64,000 bases of DNA from positions 186,001 to 250,000 of the forward strand of contig NIVC01001061.1 in NCBI GenBank assembly GCA_002269645.1, given 5' to 3'. Below are positions 31,901-43,900 of this stretch, piece by piece. Position 1 is the first letter of the stretch; each line of letters starts with the position of its first letter. A program made the translations under genes and the position numbers. Under the pieces are notes generated by a model, which had not been told where the DNA came from, did not search any database, and saw only the letters and a program-made list of their open reading frames with translations. The DNA comes from Macrostomum lignano (lineage: Eukaryota).

Positions 31901-34900
31901 GGCTGGTGACCGAGTCTACCAGGTCTGGCAGGCTGATCACCTGCGATGATGGGGTGCGATGTTGGTGATTAGTCAATGACCGGCATGTGATCTTTTAAGT
32001 GACAGCCATGTGATATGGAGAGCGATCCTGAAAAACCGCCACTAGACCTTTTAACTGTCGCGTGTCCTCTAAACCAACCGTCATGTAGGTTTCAACCTAA
32101 CCTTCACGTGAAGGGGGGCCGTAGCCCAGCGGTAGCGCAGCTGCTCTGGTGTGCCAGCGACCCAGGCTCGATTCCAAGTGCAGTCACATTAATTTGGGGC
32201 TGAATTGGAATCTCGGCTTGGCTCTGCTCGTGCAATTAACGGCCTTGAGAGCCAACCCCCCAAGGCGCAGTGAAGTGTACATGCCTAACGATAATATAAA
32301 GTTAGGGCCGCTGTACACTCCTGTGTGAGCGTGTGCCTGCGTACGTATCCGCGCGCTTGTATGCCTGCTCAGGGGAGTCGGCGGAATGGGCAGTAATGCC
32401 TCTCGCCGGTTGTGTGCCTATGTCGCTTAAAGTGCGCCAGGGTGCACACAACCCCGCTGCCTCTAATAAAAAAAACCTTCACGTGACCTTTAAACTAACC
32501 GTCACTCGACATTCAAAATAACCGTCACTTGACCTTTAATCTAACGATCACGTGACCTTCAAACTAACCTTCCCATGACCTTTAAACTAACCATCATTTG
32601 ACCTTTAAACTAACCATCACGTGACCCTTGGACTAACCACCCAGTGACACCCAACGACCTTCAAATGGCCAAAAAATCTGCGACGCAACAAATTTAGAAG
32701 ACAAACCTGATTCTTATCCTTGGCTCCCCAGGGCAAGAACCAGCCAGTCCACAGTTCGGCAGCAAATATTGGCAAATTGGGGTTCCAGCCTTTGACGATG
32801 GACTGCAGCCACTTGGCATGCGCCTTGCTGTTGTAGTTGATGCCGGCGAACGCCCCGGCCAACGCCTTGGCGTGCCGGATGCCTTCGTCGCCGTCGCTGG
32901 TAAACAGGGCTTCCACTACACCGCTGCGGCGCATCGAGTCTGCCAGGTGCTGCAGGTAGCGGCCGTTGTCGCCGTAGCTGCCGTACTCGTTCTCCACCTG
33001 AGTGAATGAATGTCAGTGAGTGAGTGAGTGAGTGAGTGAGTGAGTGAGTGAGTGAGTGAGTGAGTGAGTGAGTGAGTGAGTAAGTTAGTGAGTGAGTGAG
33101 TTAGTGAAAGAGTGAGTGAGTGAGTGAGTGAGTGAGTGAGTGAGTGAGTGAGTGAGTGAGTGAGTGAGTGAGTGAGTGAGTGAGTGAGTTAGTGAAAGAG
33201 TGAGTGAGTGAGTGAGTGAGTGAGTGAGTGAGTGAGTGAGTGAGTGAGTGAGTGAGTGAGTGAGCGAAAGAGTGAGTGAGTGAGTGAGTGAGTGAGTGAG
33301 CGAAAGAGTGAGTGAGTGAGTGAGTGAGTGAGTGAGTGAGTGAGTGAGTGAGTGAGTGAGTGAGTGAGTGAGTGAGCGAAAGAGTGAGTGAGTGAGTGAG
33401 TGAGTGAGTGAGTGAGTGAGCGACTGACTGAGTGAGTGAGTGAGTGAGTGAGCGAGTGAATGAGTGTCAGTGAGTGAGTGAGTGAGTGAGTGAGTGAGTG
33501 AGTGAGTTAGTGAGTGAGTGAGTGAGCGAGTGAATGAGTGTCAGTGAGTGAGTGAGCGAGTGAATGAGTGTCAGTGAGTGAGTGAGTGAGTGAATGAGTG
33601 TCAGTGAGTGAGCGGGTGAGCAAAAGCCAACACTAAAAGCAAACCTGAAAGGCAATGATTGGCCCGCCGCGGCTCATCTGCAGGTCGGCAACCTCGTTGA
33701 TGACCACTCTGAGGTAGTCCTCGGCGGCCTGCGTGAATCCCATGTACATGCTGCGGACTCGCATGTTCGGATCGGACAGGAGCCACCTGCGGTTGCAGGA
33801 GAATGGAGTCGAATGATATCAATAAGAATGCATCAAAATTTTGGCCTCTCTATGCTTAGAGAAAAAAAACTATCACAGCCTCCTATGGTAGAGCTCACCC
33901 CTAGAGTACATAGAAATCGAAATCTCACCCCTAGAGTACATAGAAATCGAAATCTCACCCCTAGAGTACATAGAAATCGAAATCTCACCCCTAGAGTACA
34001 TAGAAATCGAAATCTCACCCCTAGAGTACATAGAAATCGAAATCTCACCCCTAGAGTACATAGAAATCGAAATCTCACCCCTTGAGTAAATAGAAATCCA
34101 AATCTCACCTCTAGAGTACATAGAAGATGAAATCTCATCCCTATGAGTACATAGAAATCGAAATCCCACCCCTAGAGTACATAGAAATCGAAATCTCACC
34201 CCTAGAGTACATAGAAATCGAAATCTCACCCCTAGAGTACATAGAAATCGAAATCTCACCCCTAGAGTACATAGAAATCGAAATCTCACCCCTTGAGTAA
34301 ATAGAAATCCAAATCTCACCTCTAGAGTACATAGAAGATGAAATCTCATCCCTATGAGTACATATAAATCGAAATCTCACCCTTATGAGTACAAAGAAAA
34401 TGAAATCTCATCCTTGCGAACATAGAAATCGAAATCTCACCCCTAGAGTACATAGAAATCGAAATCTCACCCCTAGAGTACATAGAAATCGAAATCTCAT
34501 CCCTAGAGTACATAGAAAATTAAATCTTACCTTATGAGTACAAATAAAATGAAATCTCATCCTTGCGAACATAGAAATCGAAATCTCACCCCTAGAGTAC
34601 ATAGAAATCGAAATCTCACCCCTAGAGTACATAGAAATCGAAATCTCACCCCTAGAGTACATAGAAATCGAAATCTCACCCCTAGAGTACATAGAAATCG
34701 AAATCTCACCCTAGAGTACATAGAAATCGAAATCTCATCCTTGCGAACATAGAAATCGAAATCTCACCCCTAGAGTACATAGAAATCGAAATCTCATCCT
34801 TGCGAACATAGAAATCGAAATCTCACCCCTAGAGTACATAGAAATCGAAATCTCATCCCTAGAGTACATAGAAATATAAATATCACCCCTAGAGTACATA

Positions 34901-37900
34901 GAAATCGAAATCTCACCCCTAGAGTACATAGAAATCGAAATCTCGCCCCTAGAGTGCATAGAAATCGAAATCTCATCCCTAGAGTACATAGAAATATAAA
35001 TATCACCCCTAGAGTACATAGAAATCGAAATCTCACCCCTAGAGTACATAGAAATCGAAATCTCGCCCCTAGAGTGCATAGAAATCAAAATTTCACCCCT
35101 AGAGTACATAGAATGCAAGCAAAAGGCAGAGAATTACTGACCCGGGCATGCCGCCGAACTCCCACTCGGAGCAGATAAACGGGCCCGGCCTGAAAATTAC
35201 GTAGAGCCCCAGCTCCTGGGCCAGCTTGAAAAATTTTCTACAATTTTTTATCGAACGGAACGCGTGCATTAGCTCAACTTTGATAAAATGCCCTTCAAAA
35301 TGCATTGCGTCAGATCTCAGTTCCCGTCGGCCAGGCCCCTAAACTCTCGATACCTCCTACTGCTCTACCTCTCCCTTTTACTGCTCTGCCACTCCGTTCT
35401 ACTGCTCTACCTCTCCCTTCTACTGCTCTACCTCTCCCTCCTACTGCTCTACCTCTCCATCCTACTGCTCTACTTTTCCCTTCTACTGCTCTACCTCTCC
35501 CTTCTACTGCTCTACCTCTCCATTCTACTGCTCTACCTCTCCCTTCTACTGCTCTGCCACTCACTTCTACTGCTCTACCTCTCCCTTCTACTGCTCTACC
35601 TCTCCCTCCTACTGCTCTACCTCTCCATCCTACTGCTCTACTTTTCCCTTCTACTGCTCTACCTCTCCCTCCTACTGCTCTATCTCTCCCTCCTACTGCT
35701 CTACCTCTCCCTCCTACAGCAATACCTTCCATTCTATGAATCTACCTCTCCCTCTACAACTCTCCCTCTCTATTCTATGACTCCCCCACTCTCTCTCTCT
35801 CCGACTCTACCACCATCCCTACAGGAATAGAGCTATGGCACAACCTCACAATCAGCCTCTGAGACCCTGCCTCACTAGTGCTGTCCTTCTTCACCAGTGT
35901 GAATATCATAGTTATATACCAATTAGATGGCTACGCAAGAGTATTAATGGACTAACTAACCTGACATTGAGCATGCCATTGAAATTGAAGTTGCCTTTAG
36001 TATCCTCGTGTAGATTCCAAGGTGCGTAGCTAATTGAAAAAAAGAAACAATTTCATGCGCAAATAAAGACACAGGTGTTCAAACAAACAAACACAATATA
36101 GGTATAAACAGAATTGATTACAGGTAGAGTAACTCACGTCTCTACAGTATTGAAACCGGCTGCCTTCAGCTTGAGCAGCCTATCACGCCAATAATCCTGT
36201 GGCACGCGGAAGTAATGAATTGCTCCAGATAGAATTTGAAACTTCACCCCATTCAGGTAGAATTGTCGGTCTCGAAATGTTAGGCTGGCCTGGTTCAGGT
36301 TGGGAGGTTCAGACTGGGTTATTCAAGCGTCAGAGGTTGGGGAGGGGTTCAGACTGGGCTACTCAAGTGTCAGAGGTTGTGGAGAGGTTCAGACTGGGCT
36401 ATTCAAGTGTCAGAGGTTGGGGAGGGGTTCAGACTGGGCTATTCAAGTGTCAGAGGTTGGGGAGGGGTTCAGACTGGGCTACTCAAGTGTCAGGGGTTGG
36501 GGAGGGGTTCAGACTGGGCTATTCAAGTGTCAGAGGTTGGGGAGGGGTTCAGACTGGGCTATTCAAGTGTCAGAGGTTGGGGAGGGGTTCAGACTGGGCT
36601 ACTCAAGTGTCAGGGGTTGGGGAGGGGTTCAGACTGGGCTATTCAAGTGTCAGAGGTTGGGGAGGGGTTCAGACTGGGCTACTCAAGTGTCAGGGGTTGG
36701 GGAGGGGTTCAGACTGGGCTATTCAAGTGTCAGAGGTTGGGGAGGGGTTCAGACTGGGCTACTCAAGTGTCAGAGGTTGTGGAGAGGTTCAGACTGGGCT
36801 ATTCAAGTGTCAGAGGTTGGGGAGGGGTTCAGACTGGGCTATTCAAGTGTCAGAGGTTGGGGAGGGGTTCAGACTGGGCTACTCAAGTGTCAGGGGTTGG
36901 GGAGGGGTTCAGACTGGGCTATTCAAGTGTCAGAGGTTGGGGAGGGGTTCAGACTGGGCTACTCAAGTGTCAGGGGTTGTGGAGAGGTTCAGACTGGGCT
37001 ATTCAAGTGTCAGAGGTTGGGGAGGGGTTCAGACTGGGCTATTCAAGTGTCAGAGGTTGGGGAGGGGTTCAGACTGGGCTACTCAAGTGTCAGGGGTTGG
37101 GGAGGGGTTCAGACTGGGCTATTCAAGTGTCAGAGGTTGGGGAGGGGTTCAGACTGGGCTACTCAAGTGTCAGGGGTTGGGGAGGGGTTCAGACTGGGCT
37201 ACTCAAGTGTCAGAGGTTGGGGAGGGGTTCAGACTGGGCTACTCAAGTGTCAGAGGTTGGGGAGGGGTTCAGACTGGGCTATTCAAGTGTCAGAGGTTGG
37301 GGAGGGGTTCAGACTGGGCTACTCAAGTGTCAGGGGTTGGGGAGGGGTTCAGACTGGGCTACTCAAGTGTCAGGGGTTGTGGAGAGGTTCAGACTGGGCT
37401 ATTCAAGTGTCAGAGGTTGGGGAGGGGTTCAGACTGGGCTATTCAAGTGTCAGAGGTTGGGGAGGGGTTCAGACTGGGCTACTCAAGTGTCAGGGGTTGG
37501 GGAGGGGTTCAGACTGGGCTATTCAAGTGTCAGAGGTTGGGGAGGGGTTCAGACTGGGCTACTCAAGTGTCAGGGGTTGGGGAGGGGTTCAGACTGGGCT
37601 ACTCAAGTGTCAGAGGTTGGGGAGGGGTTCAGACTGGGCTACTCAAGTGTCAGAGGTTGGGGAGGGGTTCAGACTGGGCTATTCAAGTGTCAGAGGTTGG
37701 GGAGGGGTTCAGACTGGGCTACTCAAGTGTCAGGGGTTGGGGAGGGGTTCAGACTGGGCTACTCAAGTGTCAGAGGTTGGGGAGGGGTTCAGACTGGGCT
37801 ACTCAAGTGTCAGGGGTTGGGGAGGGGTTCAGACTGGGCTACTCAAGTGTCAGAGGTTGGGGAGGGGTTCAGACTGGGCTACTCAAGTGTCAGAGGTTGG

Positions 37901-40900
37901 GAAGGGGTTCAGAGTGGGCTACTCAAGTGTCAGAGGTTGGGGAGGGGTTCAGACTGGGTTATTGAAGGGTTCAGATGGCTATTCAAGACTGGGAAACATA
38001 GCAATGATTTTGCTAAAGGCATGAACAATTGGCAAGACTTGTATTTTGAATTATAAATATTTTACATAGTAATGTTAGAAATCTCTATAATACTTTACTT
38101 AATCTGTATTTGCCAAATAGTTAAATTAGTTTTATTTCTTGGTAAATATAGCATTATAAATTCAAGCCAATTTTGTTTTCCAATGCTATTTATAGATAAC
38201 AAGGTTAACTTATTTTTTACTAAGCATACTAAGTAAAAGTTTTTGTGCAAATGCAATCACAATGCCTAATAAGCAAAATGTAGAAAATTTTAAAACACCA
38301 AAAGTTTTATAATTTTTCTTACTTAACCAATTATCAAAGTAAGGTGTCTTTTTACTTAGGCAAATGAGATTTATCAAATCAAAAAAATAGTAAAACTATA
38401 ACTATCAAAATCTCACTAGAGTTCATATCATGTTTTTGATCTTCTAATTTTAATAAAGCCTAGTCTAAGTGGAACTGCACTCAGGACAATGTATATATTG
38501 TTATTATTGAGGCTATCATTTTAATATAATGGTACTAAACAATATATGCTTAAAAGCTAGCCTTAGGCGTAAAATGCCTAGGGATCATATAAAAATGTTT
38601 TTAGCTATTTTTGCTACTACCAATGCCTTTAATTCTTTTTTCCCTTTAAAGCAGACATAAATTACTAAAAGTTATTTCCTAACTAGGGATGACAAAGCTA
38701 ATCTGTTAAAAAATTAAAACAATTAGAAGTTGTTAATACTTCGGGTGTGTCATAAGTAATGTCACTGCAGGCCTCTGTCTAAAATATGTAGGCACATGGA
38801 CTTGTGGGTAGTGTAGCTGCAAAGTATACTTAGTGAAGCAATAGCAGTGCATTTGAGACGTGCATAGGTTGTTTATGGCCCAAGCTATCGCAAGAATACG
38901 CCAAGCAGATTTAGCAAGTGCAACGCGATGAAAAACCATCTATGCAGCGAACAAAAATCACCATGAATCTCGACATGACGCCTGCACCAAGCAGATCCGC
39001 AAGGTGTTTAGCAGCCGGGGCTTGAATGACATCCTAAACTGCCTGGTTGCTGAGGATGAAAGCTGGCTCCACCTGGATGGCAAGGGCAGCAAGGCAGACA
39101 ATCGCTGCTGGCTGGGAGCTGGGGACTTCAGGCCGATGGTGACTAGGAAGTCCATCTCGGACAAGAAGACCATGCTGCTGGTAGCCTTCACGCCAAACAA
39201 ACGAGTCTCCATCTGCACAACTCCACCGAACACCAAGGTCGATGGCCAGTATTTTATCGACTTTGTCCGGCACACTGGAGACCTCTGGCGCACTGAGCCG
39301 CACTCTCCGGTCAAATCCATGTCACCGGGACGAAGTTCTGTGGCAGATGGACACCGCACGGCTGCACATCTGAAGGCTGTTTCGAATTTTCTGCCTGTAC
39401 GGCGAGTGAATATGCTCTGACAGTCCCTACAGCCCAGACTTCAACTTTTGCAAGAGATTCCTGTTCAAATGGCTGAAGGCTGACTTTTCCAAGAAGAGTT
39501 GCAAACCATGAAGAGGTCAAACAGGCCGCGTTGCACTGGTTATGGCAGTTGAAGGAAAAACACCTGCAGGCTGAGGTGGACAAGCTGTATGAGCACCGCC
39601 AGAGGGTGATTGATATTGGGGGACTCTATGTTGTTGAGTGGTACAGCTTTGTTAATCTGCGATTGCAAGTTTGTCTGTTTTCACATCAGTGACATTACTT
39701 ATGACACACCCGAAGTATTTCAAGTATATCTACTAGAAAAAATTGGTTAAAAATTAAAAAAATAATTTTTGCTTTGCATTTTCTACTTACTTTTTATACT
39801 CAAAACTTAAATTTTTTTTTCAATTTTAAAAATATAAAAGCAACTATTTTTATGGGTGACAGTTTTTTAACAGCCATTTTTATAAAAAAATAATAATATA
39901 GTTTGTTAATATCCCAATGAAAGCCCAATAAAGATTTATTTTTTCCTTATTATTAAGTACTTTTCTCTTCTTTCTAGTTTATACTTGATTTTCATACTAT
40001 GTGGTTGCATTGCAAAGTTATTTATTTGCAAAAAAACAATTTTTTATTAACTTTACTTTTTGTATGCATAGTGGCAAGTTATAGGACCCTCACTAATATC
40101 CTTAGGCCCTACTCCTAAGATGACATTTATGCCAAGAAAATTCCAATGCATAGAAACCTTCTCAGGTCAATAGCTTAGTGAATCTGATAGATAACATAGG
40201 TGCAATGTAGCAACATGGCATAATGCAGGCTATGCAATGTTTAAAATATAGCATATCAATTTATATAAAAAGATAAAATATTATTTTTTAGAAATCTATC
40301 TAACTATATTTGAAACTACACTTTAAATCTCTTAAAAATAATCTATATAAGACATAACATTTTTTAATTTTGAAATATTTTATGGTCCACATTTTATCAT
40401 AAAATTTTTTAATATTGTTAGAAAAATTTAGCTATATTACAAAAATAATATTTAAACAAACTTTGGCTTAGGTCCTACATAGTTCTTAACAAAATTGACT
40501 AAATTTTGGCATTATGATAAAACTTTTTTCTAGTGCACAATACACATTTTGTCCAAAAAATGTTCTAGCATACAGTGGACATAATATTAACTATGGCCTA
40601 GGCCAGGGGTTAGCAAACTTTGGCTTGCAGGCTAGTTCCCATACTCTCAAATTTATTACACAGTATGCCAGAAAAAATGACCCCTTACACAATAAATTTA
40701 TATAAAACTGTAAGTTTATACTATAAAAAAACAAATTTATTTGTCATATTAATATATACTAGACAATGGACATTATCAAAAAGGCATTGCAACAATAAAG
40801 GACATTTCCTACATTGTGACAATAGATTGTTCCATATGCTAGATACTTTAAGCCAATCATATTTTTCATGTCAATATAGACCTAAGAATTTTCTAGTATA

Positions 40901-43900
40901 CAAGCTGTTACAACCCACAGATTTTGAACCCAGGGAATTCCAATCCCCGGAACTATTTTTGCATATATTGAGATTAAACTCAAACAAAAACTTTTATAAG
41001 TTGGGATAGAGTTAAACATAAAGTAGAGTACATTCATGCAAAATTAGGATTTGAGGCAAACATTGACATTGTTGGCTGGGGTGCTGCACAGAATATTAGG
41101 AAAACTCTGGCCTCTACCTTTGCCTCTCCCTATGTCCCTTGTATCCTTTGAAACTTCTATCTTCCTTTCTGTTTTCTCACTTCTCTCTTGTCTCTTGTCT
41201 CTTCTCTCTCCTCTCATCTCTTCTTTCTTCTCTCCTCTGTCCCCTCTTCTTTTGTCTTTTCCCTCTCCCCTCTTATTCTTTTCTCTCTCCTCTCTTCTCT
41301 TCTTTCTTGTCTCTGCTCTCTATTGGAATAGGTTGACAAAACGCGGACAACTGTCCGTCACATTTTTGGATTCTCCTGGTGTTGCATTGCGCAACAGTGG
41401 TGTCAAGTGATGTGTCAAGTGGCGCGACACTGGAAACCTGGTGTCGTCATGCGTCGCATAGCACGACACAACAATGTGGCAACTTGGCAGCTAGCGTTGT
41501 CATGTGTCACATTGCGGCTTGGATCTATAGCCAAAACCTCGCAAACTGTGTTTCATTGTAATATTTTCACAGTTGTTTCCCAGTATTTAAATGTTCAAAC
41601 ATGTTTGATAATAACTAGTTCTTGAATTGTTCTTTTTTATTTTGACAGTAAAGTAACTAATACTTCAAATATAATTTTTAGAAATGTTACTTGTTGGTTA
41701 CAATGCGTGCGCTGTTTTTCTAAGTGTTGTACCTTTGTTGTTTTACTGTTTTTTGTTTCTAAATTTCATTTCTTTTTCCGCAAAATTGAAACGAATACTC
41801 TCGTCCCTCGCCCCATGGTCTCAGTGTTGGGAGTAAATGGCAGAACAGGAATTGTCTATTGCAACCTGGCTGCTGTGGTATGACAGAGAAATACATAGAC
41901 TTCTTTTTTAAACCGATTGCCCAAGCGCAACCCACTTTCATTAAGGACTCCTATGAGTTCAAGGCATACCTTATGGATAAAAACTGCATGTGGCGATAGG
42001 TTTGACTCTGGCAACCTGTGATGTCTCCATTCTACAAGTACTTCATTCCATAGCTTGTGATATGCATAATTTGCATTGATTGTACATATGGGTAGAACCA
42101 TAGATCAAAGTAAGTTAAACCAGTGATAGCCAATTTCAATTATTAAACCAACTTCAATAATGCAACACATGAATATAAAAGTTGTATGTAACTCAGCAAG
42201 GTTTGGATTGTGTGGCTTTGCCATGTACTCAAATTTGGTCCCTCTGGCCCATGAGCTTGAGTATGCTCTGTCCTGTGTACTTGACTCTAGATTGTTATAG
42301 GCATGTTGGTTGTATGCTTCCTACTTATATAATAAAATCAATTGATGATAAATTCTGCAAGGCACGATTTCTTTTCAAAAACCAAGCTTGACCTGTATTT
42401 GTTAGTGACTTGACTTGCAGTCCATAATGAGCTTCAAGCCTACTTTCAATATTTCTACTCACCTTGCGATATAAAGAAATGAGCCATGCAACGCATGCAC
42501 TATCACACAAAGAAAATTGTCTCAAGATCTGCTTGCTATGCTACAAAAAGGGCTCATCAATGCAACAAATAGGTAATGCCTCACTGAAACATATTTAAGC
42601 ACACTTTTTGTCAAACTACAATGCGAATGATAAGCAGCTACTTGCAGCACTCTGTGCCTGATGCAACAAGCTTCTGGCTGACATTGACAAGGGCATTAAA
42701 GTGCTAAATGTTTTGATGAACTCATCTGAGGTCATAAAGGTGAGCCCAACAAAGATTACACAACAGTCCAGCAGTTGTGCTTGCAAAATATGTGAGACTG
42801 CCCAGTTCAACATGATTAGGAAAGGCCTGGGAACATGGAAACCAGAGCCACATTTGCTTGGACAACCCCAAGCTGTATCCCAAGTGTTCAGATCCAGATC
42901 ATGGTCTGCCACCGGCATAACCTGTTGTCATCTGCCAGCACTGCCACTCAATGGTCGGCAGAGGTTTGCTTCACTACTGCATGCAACACAGCAATGAGAA
43001 AATCTATTCAGTAAGTTGTCGCTAGACCGACGAGGTGCCAAAATCTATGCAGGTGACATGATTAAAGCTAAGGCTGCTTTTACCAACTCAAACTCTAGCT
43101 TTTAAATGGCAACTAGAGGTTGTGATCTTATAGTGTATGTTGGGCAATGGGCTAGTAGTTCTACATCAATGAGAGGTGGCTGCGCCGTACCAGCAGAGGA
43201 ATTCAGCCAATTCTAGCAGATGCTGTATTTGACTGGTTGGCAGACTAAGTTGGCCACCCAATTTTTTCGAGCATGGAAAGGACACAAAAGCATTGAGCCA
43301 AATTTGCGCAGCAAACTGAGCACCATTGACTCTGCTCTAGATGATTTGTTTGAGTTGACTAATCTAGAAATGGACTGTGCCAAAGGAAAAAGGGAAATGC
43401 ACAGCATTATATTCTGCACTAATCTTCTAGCTCTGATTGGCAGAGTGATAACACGTTGTCAGGTCAGTGTGGATGACAGCGCATTGATAAAAGTTGGCAT
43501 AGACAGCAGAGGCAGCTTCTTGAAGTTTTGTGTTAGCATTGTGCCTGCTCAAGGTTTAAAAGATCAACCTACTGGAATTGCAGCACATACACAGAAGGCA
43601 CATGCCATTTCCATTTTGAGGATAGGAGTCTGTAAACTGCTCCTGCTTGGCATTGCTGAAACTGTTTCTGAGTCCAACAATAATCTGCAGCAGATCCTGA
43701 ATCTTTTTAATTTTCAAGGATTTTCATTCTGTACAGTCAGTTGATATGAAAATTTTAAATGCGATCCTGGGACTTCAGTGCTGCAGCAGCACCCATCCCT
43801 GCCCTTGGTGTAAGACTGCCAAGATTGATTTTTCTAATCCAGACCACATGAATGTGTTGAGATTGATTGGCAATATTTGGCTACAGGCATTTGAGTACCA

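Noticed and set aside
32113-32185. tRNA gene
   Set aside because: A and B boxes are present but there is no convincing cloverleaf, and it continues into a SINE body with an A-rich tail and TSD.
36199-38056. Three ~570-aa + strand ORFs
   Set aside because: All three frames give the same 40-bp repeat translation, antisense to a beta-gal intron.
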